A stretch of DNA of 64,000 nucleotides from Podospora anserina. Taxonomy: Eukaryota. Where the stretch lies: positions 5,208,001-5,272,000 of the forward strand of contig CM030332.1 of the NCBI GenBank assembly GCA_017654855.1, read 5' to 3'. Both the position numbers and the translations under genes were made by a program. Position 1 is the first letter of the stretch. Every line of letters starts with the position of its first letter. Below are positions 43,922-57,864 of the stretch, piece after piece. A model generated the notes under the pieces. That model made no database searches. It worked only from the letters and a program-made list of their open reading frames with translations, and was not told the origin of the DNA.

Positions 43922-44667
43922 TCAATTCCCAGCAAACAAATTAACATAAACCCCCCACCCAACCCCCGCCAACCCCCCAACCAAATTCCTCATCTCCACG
44001 CTCTTCAAAAACGTAAAGTTCACCAAACTGATCACCGGCCAAAACTTCCACCCCGCCTTGACAATCCCCCAAAACTCACCCCTTGTCCTCTCCCACACAA
44101 CCCCCCAGTTCACATCTTGAGCCCTCACCACGCCCTTTTCCCCAAACAGAAACCCCAGGCTCGTCTGTGCCTCTAGTTCGTGATGTGCCATGCCCATTTG
44201 AATCCCGTTCATAAACATCGAGTACAAAAACGTGTTCACCGCCGCGCCGACCGTCTGATCCAGCAGGGTCTTAATGGCGGTGTTCCGCCTGTTCAGCTTT
44301 GGCTCGACAAGTTTCCCTTCCTTCTCCTCGGCGTCGAGTTCTGCTTCTGAACCCTTTGACGCGGAGGCGATGGCTTCCGGGGTGGGGGAGGGGTGGTAAG
44401 AAGGGAAGGTGGACTCGAGGTATTCCTGCCAGAGGATGTTGGGGGGGGTGTTGACCAGGCCGAAGAGGACGTATTGGAAGAGGGAGAGGAGGTTGATTGT
44501 GATTGGTTTCTGTGGTGGGGGGTGTTAGTGATATGAATGAGCGGTAATAGGGGAGGTGAATGAGGTACGTTATCTCTCTGAGCGGCAATGACCTGGGCTA
44601 TGATGTTGGATAGGGAGCCGATCACGGCGGCTTGTATGAGCGCGAATTGCATAGGTGAGAGCGCCAT
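43922..44667 (-). CDS. Mpv17/PMP22 family membrane protein; exons 44667-44569 and 44509-43922
   Basis: SNIIAQ, TPPNILWQEYLE, KTLLDQTVGAAVNT, AGWKFWPVISLVNF and GVGWGVYVNL match the Mpv17/PMP22 pattern. One GT-AG intron. Confidence 0.88.
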
Positions 44668-45344
44668 GGTGGCCAGTGGTAATGCCAGCTCTACCGGCGG
44701 GCTGGGAAAGTAACGACGACTTTTGAATTCCAGTGAAATCAATCGTGACACAGACAACACAAAAATGAGACCGAAAAGAAAAAAAGAGGAAACGAGATTC
44801 TTATGAAGACCAGCCGCCCGTTTGTCTTGTTTAAGTCCTGACGTTGAGAGAGCCCAAGAGGCACCAATCGCCCCACTTCCCAGCCATGTGGTTGTGCAGC
44901 GCGATCGGTGTCAACTCCCCTCCCACACATGCCCTTGAGGCGTGGCCTGAAAGGACCGCGGGCAAAAGAGCCCAGTCCCGCGCCCGGAATCTCGCACACA
45001 GCAGATGTGTGCAAACAACGCACCTTGCCGGTTTCTCTGCCCCTGACGGAATCAAACTAGAACCTATCCGCGGGCAAGCAAAGACCAAATTAATGTTTAT
45101 ATGGTTACCAGCTCCGTGTGACTACGAGTTCCGGGTAATGGCTGTCTAGATAAACCTCCCCGACTGGGCAGACGTTGCATCTCTCGGCTGAGGCCATAAA
45201 ACATTACTTCTCATTTCGTCCTAAATATATGGTTGAATGTTATACAATACGCTTCGTTCCGTCCAAACCGACCGGATCACCAGTATGCCCCATTGATGCG
45301 CCTATAAAGCTGCGCCGCCATCCAGATGATAAGTTGCACAGGTC

Positions 45345-46457
45345 CTATGGCCTGCAGAGAATCCACATGAGGAGAGCCTGCACAGGATACGAATACGCAA
45401 ACAAAAACTGGGTTCGCTGGCTTCTCTTCGCCCGCGAGTCGAGGGGGTGCATGGTCTGCATGGGGCCTTGGTTGGTGTTGTTGTTTTCTGGCAGAAGGAC
45501 GTACTTGAGAGAGCGCATCTAATACACATGGTTAGCTGGCGTCGTTTGGATCAACAGAAGAGCTGGGCAATCGGAACGTACCAGGAACAACGAGTTAGCC
45601 AAGCATGTGTAGACAAACAAAGTCCAGCCCACCCAGCCGCCGGTACCCTTGCCCCCATTGAAGATCTCCGACACCGCAATCGTCACAATAACTCCCACGA
45701 ACTTGTAGCCGCTGTAGGCCATAAGATCCAGCAGCTGCGACTGGTTGGAGATATTCAGGAGATAGCACCCTATTCTAAGGGCCAAAATTTCCAGAATCAT
45801 CATCACGATCGCGATCGTAGCGACGCTGCCGAACAGCTGGGGTTCGAACTCGCCTCGAAAGCCGGCAAAAAGAGTTCGTAGAAAGACGTATGTGACGATT
45901 GACATGACCGGGATGTACATGTCGGGACTGTTGATGTCGTCTCGAGGGGGGAGGTAGAACCATGCTTCCTGGCCGCCGCCAGCACCAACTTCGGATGCCT
46001 GGCGACGCGTCCATGGCTTGTGTCGCCATGGAAAGAGGACCAAAAAGAGCTTGTTGATAACGTACGAGTTCGTCACGTTGAAATAGTGCTTCAGTGCCGA
46101 GACGTTGACCAGGCGATTGACCTGTCCAGATCACTGTTAGTCTAATGTTTACTCCTAATTAAGCAAATGTCATCCAACATTTTTCTCTAGATAGTCCTGG
46201 CCCTGCCGGAATGCTGTCTGGCCAAACTGCGTAGCTATTTGCGCAGTTGGGTCATTCATGAAGTTGCCATATTGCGCAAACATGTTACCGCCCGGCGGCG
46301 CTTGCTGCTGTTGCTGCGGATAAGGACTCCCATCGTACCCGTGGCCTTGGGCTTGCGATGTTAGCGGAGGAGGTGATCGAAGTTGGGGGACGGTCGAGAC
46401 GTGTTGCGGGACTGGGTGGTGTAGCGGAGGCGATTGCCCATACGTCGGTCGCTGCAT
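45345..46457 (-). CDS. YIF1: ER-Golgi transport protein Yif1/Hrf1; exons 46457-46179, 46121-45582, 45518-45345
   Basis: LKHYFNVTNSYVINKLFLVLFPWRHKPW, PPRDDINSPDMYIPVM, LLDLMAYSGYKFVG and FLMRSLKYVLLPE. Confidence 0.95.
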
Positions 46458-46928
46458 TCTGGCGGTTGTAACGAAAGGAGCTTATATATAGAGCGGTTAA
46501 TTGCCAATGTCTTCGAGTCGAGAATATGATGGATTCAGCGCCTGAAATGGGATGTGCTCGGTGTGGTGTCACTGCGTGGATAGTCGTCGTCGGTTGGCTT
46601 CGGAGGCCGCGAGTCGGTCTGTTTTTGGACATGTGTTTTAAACAATTTCTCGATGTTGTCATCTCCCCTGAGCCACAAGCTTGTCGCGCCAGCGGGCGCC
46701 GGCTAATCCCCGGTCAGCGACACAGAGGCCCATTGCGCCAATGATAGGCCCCCTTGTTATCGATAATAGCGGGGACCTGGGACCATGATGGCAACTGACA
46801 GCGTTACAGTCCGCCGTTAACGGGACGGGAGCTTTCTCATTGCGACAGCGCTCCCAGAACATAGCATCCTATTCCAACGTGCAGCTTACATTTTTAACCA
46901 GCAGCACCACCAAGGACGACATCTCGCC

Positions 46929-49054
46929 ATGCTGGACACTTTCGAAATTCTGACCACGTCCGGAGTGGTCCTCTGGTCAAGGACTTACGCCGCTGTCAGC
47001 CCATCCGTGGTCAACAACTTCATCAATGACATCTTTATTGAGGAGAAGAGTTCAGTTGCCGGCGCAAAGAACGGCGCTTCTGCCGCTGAGAACCCTCCGT
47101 ACAAACATGACCAACACACTTTGCGCTGGACCTTCGAAAAGGAATTGGGCATCATTTTCGTGGTCGGTAGTACCTTGAGGGGCAACCTTTTCTACCCCTG
47201 AATTCAGCTGACCCTTTTGTTTGCTAGGCCGTGTACCGTTCTCTGCTTCACATCTCCTGGATCGATCAACTGGTCGACAACATCAGGGCTATCTTCGTTG
47301 GCCTCTACCGTGACGAGTTGACCAAGCCGAATACCACCATCGTCGAGTGCCTCACGTTTGACCAGTATTTTGACCAACAACTTCGAGAGCTTGAACAGGC
47401 CGGTGGCAAATCGGACACGCGCGCACTGAAAAGTGAAGTGTTATCCGAAGATACGGGCGATGAGCCTCCCTCCCCACCAAACAACCGCGGCCAACAAGCC
47501 CTCCGCGGGGTATCACCAGGCTCAAGTCCAAATGTTTCGCGCCCAGGTACCCCCAGCGCAAGCCATCTGCTGGTCGCCAAGGCTGGACCGGGGGCGAAAT
47601 TGTCCAGAAGAGCGAGAAAAATGCAGAATACCACCTCAGCTCCAGCATCGTCTGGTGACGAAGGCCCGGCCAGGAAGGCCAAGGCCAAGCCAGTGAAGCG
47701 CGGGAGGAAATGGGATGCCGATGGGCTTGCTGATGAAGACGATGGTGTTCAGCTTGACTACTCGGTTCCCACCCTCACCAGTGATAGTGAAGCTGAGCCC
47801 GGTGCGAGACCAGGGGCCGTAGAAGAGGTGGACGCGTCGACATGGGGTTCCCAGACCAAGGGGAAGTTTGTCCTGAGAGACTTGGGCGATGAAGTCAACT
47901 CGATTCTGGCTGATGCCGATGCGAAGAAGAATGCTGCTACCAAGACCGACGCGCCTAGTGGTCTCGTAGGTACTGGTCTCAGTGCTATCGGAGGGTTGTT
48001 CAGGAACGTGGTGGGTGGAAAGGTTTTGACAAAGCAAGACCTGGATAAGGCGATGAAGGGAATGGAGGAGCATTTGCTCAAAAAGAACGTTGCGCGCGAG
48101 GCGGCGATACGTCTTTGCGAGGGTGTTGAGAAAGAACTGGTGGGGGTGAAAACTGGCAGCTTTGAAAGTGTGTTGTGCCATCCTTCAACCCCATCATGTC
48201 AGACCATGCTAACCTCGGTACAGGTATCAACGCAAGGATACAGAAAGCTATGGAGGCTTCCCTGACGAAAATGCTTACACCAACATCATCACTCGATCTC
48301 TTGAGAGAAATCGACGCGATTACCTCGCCTTCTGCGACATCGCTCCGCAAGGCCCGGCCATACGTCATGTCTATCGTCGGTGTCAACGGCGTAGGCAAGT
48401 CGACAAATCTCTCCAAAATATGCTTCTTTTTGTTGCAGAACAAGTACAAGGTTCTCATTGCTGCCGGTGACACGTTCCGTTCCGGTGCCGTTGAACAGCT
48501 CGCTGTCCACGTGCGCAACCTGAAAGAATTGACTGCCCGTGAAGGTGGCCAAGTTGAGCTGTACCAGAAGGGCTATGGCAAGGATGCCGCTACTGTGGCC
48601 AAGGATGCCGTCGCGTATGCGGCACAAGAGGGATTCAACGTGGTTCTCATCGATACCGCGGGGCGTAGACACAACGACCAAAGATTGATGAGCTCCCTGG
48701 AGAAGTTCGCCAAGTTTGCGCAACCAGACAAGATTTTGATGGTTGGCGAGGTACGTTTCCTTTTCTAGATGCTATTGATCTTATCACAGATGCTGACTCG
48801 GTCTATAGGCACTTGTCGGCACAGACTCCGTTGCTCAGGCCCGGAACTTCAATGCGGCTTTTGGATCTGGTCGTTCCTTGGACGGGTTCATCATCTCGAA
48901 ATGCGACACCGTCGGAGACATGGTCGGGACTTTGGTCAGCATCGTACATGCCACCAATGTTCCGGTTCTGTTCGTCGGCGTTGGCCAACACTACTCTGAT
49001 TTGAGGAACTTCTCAGTCAAGTGGGCTGTTGAGAAGTTGTTGAGCAGTGCATGA
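46929..49054 (+). CDS. SRP101: Signal recognition particle receptor alpha subunit; exons 46929-47162, 47228-48167, 48224-48750, 48809-49054
   Basis: SRX N-terminus MLDTFEILTTSGVVLW, SRP GTPase motifs GVNGVGKSTNLSK, DTFRSGAVEQL, DTAGR and VGEALVG, and C-terminal FVGVGQHYSDLR. Confidence 0.96.
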
Positions 49055-49203
49055 TTCCAGGTTACCAACAGCCTTGAAGACGTAGTTTAGTTGGATTATC
49101 GATACATAGACATTAATTGCTGTAATACTTGACCTTTGATATCTGTGAAAACATGGAAACTGAGGCTGATTTAGGGGTAAAAGAAGTCGAAAGCAAATTC
49201 TCA

Positions 49204-49320
49204 TTAGGGTTAGGGTTCCAAGGAGTTGTTGCTACCTGCTCTCTCAAGTGAAAGTCAATTAAAGAGCTGTCACGTGTCCACGCGGTGCCACGCCTTTGGA
49301 CCCCCCGCGACGACCGCGTT
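49204..49320. promoter_or_regulatory. Putative ATR promoter elements: TTAGGGTTAGGG (49204-49215), TCACGTG E-box (49270-49276), CGCG cluster
   Basis: Motifs read directly in the ~360-bp SRP101-ATR spacer. Binding factors are inferred. Confidence 0.35.
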
Positions 49321-49416
49321 CACTTTCAACTAAGCTACCTGAACACCAAAACACCAGGGTCCCGCCTCAAGTCACTCGCTTTCGGTCTGATCACGACCAC
49401 GCCATGCCGAGGCAAT

Positions 49417-52400
49417 ATGACACCCGACTCGCGCAGCAGGACTGCCCGGTCCACACAGCATGGATTTAGCAACAATACGCTCCCCCATGGAGCACCCCCT
49501 CCATCGACCCTCGCTGCCCAGATCGTAGAGAACATCTCGTCGACATCGCGAAATTCGCACTTGAGCGACGCTTCGACCGAAGAACTGAAGCATCTTCAGA
49601 GTCTCGTGGAAAATTACAACGCCAAATCCGAAGACATCAAGACACCAGCAGAGCAAGTCGAGTACAATCATCTACTGGTGTATATGATCGGATCTGTCTC
49701 TCTCAAAGTCCTTTACTGGGACGACCCATTTTCAACCCAAGAGAAACTACACGAAGGCGCCATTGCAGCTTTCGGCTTCCTAAGAACCACTTTAACGGAG
49801 ACGCCTTCCGTCTTGAAGTGCGCCACCGACGGGACGAAATACCTAAATATGGGCGAGGAGCCTCTGTGGCTATGGATATTTCCACGACTGCTCAAGATAC
49901 TGGCACATAGGAGGGCGCGGGCTATCACTGGTCAAGTTGAAGCACTCTTCGATTACATCCTGGAGCTTGTAGAGGATAATGTGGGAATTTGGGACCTCGG
50001 TTTGCCGCTTATGCAGTACTTCCGTGCAACCCTTGACAGTAAGCCTACCTCTGATGTTCTTGGATATGGGAGAACAAGCCCACTAACCTTCCATTAGGTA
50101 TTCTTGACATTTTTGACCCCAATTCCTCGACGACCAGAACTTCTCCTCTCCAAATCGAGCTGCCCCCAAGCGCATTTTTGAAATCAGTCTCTGAAACCCC
50201 GATCTTGAATTGCACATTCCCTCTCCAGGGTGAAGAAAATGCTATCCACTTTGCTACCAGCCTTCTTTCAATCATCCAACGCGCCATCATTCCCGGGCCT
50301 GAGGCCAATATCTCTGTTCTTTACGGCAATCATACCATCTGGGTCTTGGATCTTTTCCAGCCGCTCAGTCTCCTCGTGGCAACTTTGCCAGTCCCCTCGG
50401 AGACTAGGGTTTCGAAGATTGTTCAGATGTCTCTTGAGTTGGCAGTGGCATACAACGAACTTGGCGCCACGGATGCAATCTTCAAGCACAAGGCTAATGC
50501 CACTCTTGCTTTAGTATGCAACAACGTGATCAAAAATCCCCAACAACTACTCACCCAAGACGATGAAGGAGTAGATGCAAGGCGCGTGATGTGTCTTGCT
50601 TTTGTTCATCTAGCGAAAGCTGCCATTGCTCATGCACCAACATCAAGTCTTATCTCTTGTGGTCTTTTTGGGATTTCAAAAGTACTGACGATGGAGAATG
50701 CTGTCATTGGGGCTGATACGGATTTCTCAGTGAGTAAAACAATATGACGTTGATGCTATAACTATGCTAACTCAAACCCAGCGAGCTGTCGAGCTTTTGG
50801 CGCAAGCAACCGTAAACCCAGCTTTCAAGGGCTTTACCGCTGAGATTCAAGCAGGCAACTTTGTGGATGCAGCACTGAAGCAACAGGTAGAAAAGCTTTT
50901 GGCCAAGAACAATCCGCCACAAGCATCCTCACAACCTCCACCGAAACGTAGGAAAACGGACTCTTCATCAGTGGCGTCCGGAGTTCTGGGTGATATTCAT
51001 GGGCGACTCTGCCAGCTACTCGAGACAGATCCGGAAATGGACCTTGGAGATATCTTGAACCACTTAGCGGACGCCTACCCTCAGCTTAGCGAGGCCGATC
51101 AGTGCTGGCTTATTGAACTTATATCACGTCTGTTCTGCGCGGCAGATAATACATTGACAGTTCACAAGCACAGCACTCCCTCGACTCTCAAATTCCGGTG
51201 TTTGTATTGCTCTGGTACCAGCAATATGACGCCGGTCTCAGGTTATGATGCGGATATCAAGAACCTCGCACTAAGCTCTTTCAGTAAATTAATTCTGTTG
51301 CAAGAATTTGTCGAATCCAGGCGGCCTCGTATCTTTGCGATGATAGCTCTTCGACGAATAGCTAGGCACGTACCGAATGGGAAGTTTTGGGACAATGGAA
51401 AGTCGGCTCCTGGGAAGTGGTGCCTACAATCTCTGAGCAGCTCGGTCAGAGAGCTTCGTATTGCTGCTGGACGGGCGTTGCCCATTTTTCTTACCAATTT
51501 CTCAGCCACCGAGGTGGATAACAGCGTTATCAAAAGAAACACGGCCCGTACTATCGGACTTCTCAAATCAATATCTGACCAAAACGTCATCTCCTTGCAG
51601 GAAACTTGCATCATGGCATGGGGCCAAGTTGGGCGAGTGGTGGCGGACACGGAGTTGAACCTCGTCCTCGTCAAACTGGTCGAGTATCTCGGGCACCACA
51701 ACATGATGGTATCAACCGTTGCGTTCAACGAGATTATGAACCTCGCGGAATCTCATGATGTGACGATTGCCAGCCTCTTCCGGCCTTTCTGGCCAAGTTT
51801 GGCGTTTTCAGTCGTCAAGGACCTCGTGTCAAGGCCACAGACCACACAGCTGGTTGCTGAACTTCTTCAGATAAGCATTCATAACCTTTTGAAGATGTTG
51901 CAAAAGCATGCGTTGCCGTGGTTGGTTCTCGGCAAAAAACGCGAGGTCATTCAAAAGATTGCTGAAGCAAGGGGTGAGAAGGACTGCTGGCAGCCTTGTG
52001 TTGATGCTGAAAACCTACCGTCTATACTTGCACTTCTCCTTGTACAAGACGTACCGAACGTGGAATCGTACGCGATGGAGCTGCTTCAACATACATCTGC
52101 GCATCTTAACAAGTCTCCCCTGGTGGATTTACTTCGAACGGGGCCCATGATGATCGCTTTAGAGTTGTTCAAATATGCCGCCGCTGCGAATGACGATCGA
52201 AAGCCTCAGGTAAAGATTCTTCAGGTTTTCGTTTTTTTCCTTTTCTTTTTTTGGCTATCTTGAGAGCTTCATGACTGACAGTTACTAGGTACGAACAGCA
52301 CTTGTCACAATGGCGAATCTGATCACCGGAACGCCAAAGGACAAAAAGATGAGCAAGACAGATGTTATCGGGCGCTTTCTTCAACCCTATGCCTTGGGCG

Positions 52401-55400
52401 TCGCTACGCGGCTAGTCGAGAACATCAATGATTCTCACAATGTGCATCCTCCTCCACAGGAGCGAAAATTGTGCATTCGCGCAATGGAGGTAATGATTAG
52501 GGTGTGTTCTTCATACGCCAGCATTGCCCGTACCCAAGTAAGTAAATCAAAGCGTCAGCTTGCGAGACTTTCTCTAATATATCGACAGATATCGGCTTGC
52601 TTGGTGACTGCGCTGGCCCACGATGAACTCCGGTCAGCAGCCTTTTCATGTTGGGCATCCATGCTCACGTGTATGGAGGACACCGACCTGGAAGCACTAC
52701 TCGAAGCGACGTTTTACCTTATCAGGTTCTACTACAGTTCCTGCGATGAAGAAACCAAACAATTCCTCAAGTCTCTGTTGCAAGATCTGCTTTCTAAGAA
52801 CAGACAGATCATCATGGAGTACTCCATCAAGCTTCCCTCGCTCGGTGAAATTGATGAGCTGCGGGATATCAGTGAGGAAGTCGAAGGCCTTCGCCCGCGC
52901 TTGACGATCAAGGAGACCTTTGCCGTATTCTCACAGCGTTTGGCCCATGAAAACCCCGGTGTTGTCGAGTACGCGTTGACTGAACTGGTGCCATATCTGG
53001 AGAAGCACCAGGAATATCTCCAAACCTCAGCCATTAGCGAACGTCCGGATGCTATCCTCACAACCTTGACTCGTTCAATCTTGGACTGCTCGGTCAAGTA
53101 CAACGGATGGCAACCATCTATTACGCGGTCATGCGCTGAAGCTCTCGGGCTCATAGGTTGCTTGGACTCCAATCGTCTGGAAACTACGCGGGAGCAGCAA
53201 CACATTGTCGTCATTCACAACTTTGAGGACGCAAGCGAGACCACTGACTTTGTGGCCTTTGTGCTGGAGAATGTCCTGGTCAAAGCCTTCCAGTCGACAA
53301 CCGACACCAAATTCCAGGGATACCTCTCTTATGCCATGCAGGTTCTCCTCGAGAGAACCGACTTTAAAGTTGCCTTCCAGATGGCTGGTGAAGGAGAAAG
53401 CGAGCCGGTCTATAGGAGATGGCTCGCCTTTGCGGAAAGCACTCGCGAAACCCTTATCCCGCTTTTATCTTCCTCCTTCTTGCTTGCGCCCTTGCCTAAG
53501 CAGTCCACTGAATACCCGATCTTCAAACCAGGGAAGAAGTCATATTCCGCATGGCTCAAAGCTATCGTGTTTGATCTGCTGCGCTGCACTCAGAACGCTT
53601 TTAGTGAGATGATCTTTGAGCCGCTGTGCCGGTTGATCAAGGTCAAAGATCTCACGGTTACTGAATTTTTGCTGCCTTTTGTGGTCATGCATGTCATCCT
53701 GGGTCAACCGGACTCTTCGGTGTTCAGTCCAACGATCAAGGCTGAGTTGTTGGCTATTCTGAAATACCACCCGCCAAGCACAGCCTCGTATGTCGAGAAG
53801 GAGCAGACAAAGCTCTATTACCAGGCGGTGTTCCGCATTATCGACTACTTCAAGAGATGGCTGCAAATTAGGAAACTGAAGGCGACCACGCCAAGGGCCC
53901 AGAAACAGGTCGCCTGGGTTGAGGATGTTCTCGACTCTCTCGATCCAAAGTTGCTTTCGCAGCGAGCTGTCGATTGCGGTGAGTATGCCAGAGCTCTTTA
54001 CTTTCTGGAGCCGCACCTGGAGAATCTCGATAAGAAAAAGCCACAGGAAGTACGTGAAGTCGACGAAGACTATCGGTTGCGTGACACTCTTCAGAACATT
54101 TACACGCAAATCGACGACCCAGATGGTTTGGAAGGTGTCTCGGCTCATCTGGGCACGGTCACTTTGGACCAGCAAGCCCTCAACCATCGGAAAGCTGGCC
54201 GCTGGACAGCAGCCCAGACATGGTATGAGATTCGACTGGCGGAATCTCCCGAGGACACTGATATTCAGGTTGATCTCCTCACCTGTCTCAAAGAATCAGG
54301 CCAGCATGACGTTTTGCTCAACTACGTGGAGGGCATGAAGAGGTCTCCAGCGACGGTCAACAGGATAGCGCCCTTTGCGGTGGAAGCCTCGTGGGCCACG
54401 GGGCGGTGGGAAACACTGGAGAAGTACCTTGGGCTTTACAATGCAGGCGATGTTTCGGAGGTTTTCGATCTTGGGGTTGGGCAAGCTTTGCTTTCGCTGA
54501 AGAAGAGGGATATGGGGGGATTCAAGGAGCATATCCAGATTTTGCGGGACAAGGTGGCGGGGTCAATGACTTACTCGGCGACGTCGTCGTTGAGGGCTTG
54601 CCATGAGGCTATGCTGAGATGTCATGTGCTCAGCGATCTTGAGATGATTGCTAGCAATAAGGCTTTGGAAGGTGACAATCAGGCGGTTCTTGCGACGCTG
54701 GATCGGAGGTTGCAGGTGCTTGGTGCTTATGTTGGGGATAAGCAGTATTTGCTTGGTGTGAGGAGGGCGGCTATGGAGTTGATGAGGTATGTTAGCCCCT
54801 GGAGTCCTGATGCTGGAGCTTGGGTTACTGACTTTTGCAGACCGAAATATGGCAACGAGGATATATCGGCACTCTGGCTCCTGAGCGGTAAGCTGGCGAG
54901 GAAGGCCGGCTCCATGCATCAGTCGTTCAACGCAGTGCTGCATGCTCAACAACTCGGCGATGCTTCTGCTATCATTGAGAACGCTCGTCTGCTGTACAAG
55001 GATGGACATCATCGCAAAGCTATTCAGATACTGGAGATGGCGATCAAGGAGAACTCCTTCGTCGACAAAGCAGTTGGACCCGTTCCTCCGAGCTCGGCCA
55101 GAAGCCAAGAGTCCCATCGCAATATGTTGACGGCGACAGCGCAGCTTCTTTTGGCCAAATGGCTTGATTCCACCGGCCAAACGCATGCGGGCGCATTGCG
55201 GGCACAGTATCAGCAAGCAGCCAAGACGCATTCACGCTGGGAGAAGGGTCATTACTACCTCGGGCGTCATTACAAGAAGCTTTTGGAGTCGGAGAAAGGC
55301 CTGGATCCGGAGCAACAGAGTGATGAGTACATCACTGGAGAGACAGCCAAGCTCGTCATTGAGAACTATCTCCGTTCGCTCAACTTTGGGTCAAAGTACA

Positions 55401-57055
55401 TTTCTCAAACCTTTCCCCGAATTCTGACGCTATTCCTGGAACTCGGATCTCAGGTCAACAAAACTCCAGACGGCAAGGTGACGTTTTCCAGAGAATTGTA
55501 CCAGCGACGACGTGACATTCTCACTGAGCTCTGCGCAAAATTCCACAAGCAACTGGAGACCATGCCTGCATATATTTGCTATACATCCTTGCCCCAAATC
55601 ACTGCCCGGATAGGACACCCAAGCCCGGATGTCTTCAAAGTACTGGAGGACATGATTGTCAGGGTGGTCAACGCCTATCCTAGGCAGGCCCTCTGGAACG
55701 TCTTCCCTTTCATGGCGAATCCCAGCAGGCAGCCAAACGACCGCCAAAGGAGGGCAATCAAGATATTGAACACGATCAAGACGTCCAGCCCGGACATTAA
55801 GGCGTTTTTGAGAGCAGGGGAGAAGCTAGCCGAACAACTGCTCGTGGCTTGCAACAATGGACACTTTCAGAGCAACAGGACAACGACGGCGAGCATCACT
55901 AGGGATTTGTTCTTTAACCACAAGTGCACGCCTTGCCCGCTGGTCGTTCCGGTTGAGACCAGTTTGACTGCCACGTTGCCGACTTTGACAGACAATGTCA
56001 GGAGGCACAAGCCATTTTCTCGGGATGCTGTCACGATTGAGGCGTTCCTTGACCATGTCTTGGTTTTGGGGTCGCTGGCAAAGCCACGGAAGTTGACAGC
56101 CCGTGGATCAGATGGCAAGCTTTATGGTCTACTGATCAAACCCAAGGACGATCTGCGTACAGACCAGCGCCTAATGGAGTTTAACTCGCTCATCAATCGC
56201 TCGCTCAAACGGGACGTGGAATCCAGCCGAAGGCAGCTCTACATCAGGACATATGCTGTCACGCCCCTCAACGAAGAATGCGGCATCATCGAATGGGTCG
56301 ACGGGCTGAAGACATTGCGCGAAATTTTGCTGAGCATCTATAGGGGGAGGAACATCTCGCCAAACTACACCCAGCTCGCGCAACTGATGAAGCAGGCTTG
56401 CGCCGGGGACAACAACACGCACATCTATACCGAGACGATCATCGGGATGTTCCCGCCCGTGTTGGGGGAGTGGTTCGTCTCGCAGTTTCCCAACCCTTCG
56501 TCTTGGTTTGCGGCGAGGCTGAAGTACACGCGGTCGTGTGCGGTCATGTCGATGGTGGGGACGATTCTCGGGTTGGGTGACCGGCACGGAGAGAATGTCT
56601 TGCTTGAGGAGGGGAACGGGGGCGTTTTCCACGTGGATTTCAACTGTCTTTTTGACAAGGGGAGGACGTTTACTCAGCCCGAGTGTGTGCCGTTCAGGTT
56701 GACACACAATATGCAGTATGCCATGGGGGTGTATCGGTATGAAGGGCCGTTTAGGCACTGCAGCGAGCTGACGTTGAGAATACTCAGGCAACAGGAGGAG
56801 ACGTTGATGAGTATTTTGGAGGCGTTTATTTATGATCCGACGCTGGATCTGCAGAGGGGGAGCAAGAGGACGAAGGAGGTGGTCAAGTTGAATCCTACGA
56901 GTGTGGTGGCGAGCATTAAGAGGAAGGTGGAGGGGTTGCTGCCGGAGGAGAGCATACCGCTGGGGGTGGAGGGGCAGGTGGATATGCTGATCAAGGAGGC
57001 GACCAACCCGAGGAATTTGGCGGCGATGTATATTGGGTGGTGTCCGTTCTTGTAA
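49417..57055 (+). CDS. MEC1: ATR/Mec1/Rad3 checkpoint PIKK kinase; exons 49417-50038, 50098-50729, 50782-52209, 52289-52537, 52589-54786, 54841-57055
   Basis: HEAT/UME region, FAT domain (IYTQIDDPDGLEG), kinase motifs KPKDDLRTDQRLMEF, GLGDRHGENVL and HVDFNCLFDKG, and FATC ending NLAAMYIGWCPFL. Start codon approximate. Confidence 0.96.
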
Positions 57056-57864
57056 ATCCTTGGATATAATATGGGGTATCGTATGAGCGGGGTGGTGGTT
57101 ATGAATAGCGAGTTTTTTGGGAAGGTGAGCATAGCGGTTATTTAAGGGGGTGTTGGTTTTAGGAAGGTATTTAGATGGATAGTGTTTGTAGAGATTGGTG
57201 ATATCTGAGTCAATGGATTCGTTCTAGTTGACATAACTTCTATCAGTCTGTTGCGTTTCCTCGAAATAGCAAATGACACACTCGACCTTCACAATGCAAA
57301 CAATCATCCTGGAGGGCCATTCCCAGATTGTTGATGACAGCGGGTTAACCCCTGAAATCCAAACAAACGGCGGGTTGGCTGGTTATTAATGATCGCCCAG
57401 CCCGCCTAGCGCAACACAACGCTTGGGCCTGGATTTCACCGTTCATTCCACCTCCCTCCAGATAGGTCGTACCTTCTCTCCTCGCAAAAAAGAACTGTGG
57501 AACAGCTGAGATTTCTGCCTGGTTTTTCCAACTTTTTTCATTGACGGTCAGAAGAAAGTCTGTCTCGATTTCCTTTGAGAAAACTTTTCACCTTTTTTCC
57601 AGAAATATTTCTGGCAAGCTTTGTTGTGTGTTGAAATATTGGTCGGATCGACCCATTCACAGCTCACCGTCTTCTATCCAATCTCGCCCACTCGGCAACG
57701 CGCAACAGACGCGTCCATCTTCCAGTCTTCGACACGACAGAGAAAAGAAAGCGATTGGGAAGCTATTCTGCAGCGATTCGGCACGTTTTCTGCTTTGAAT
57801 AGAGGATTCTCAACAATCTCGGCAATCCTAACAGAATCGGCTTGATCACTGAAAGTCGGTCAAG

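Noticed and set aside
49204..49215. TTAGGGTTA as a telomerase RNA template or chromosome end
   Set aside because: Only two units inside a ~360-bp spacer, too small for a filamentous-fungal telomerase RNA. I found no template-like motif in the 10-kb gap either.
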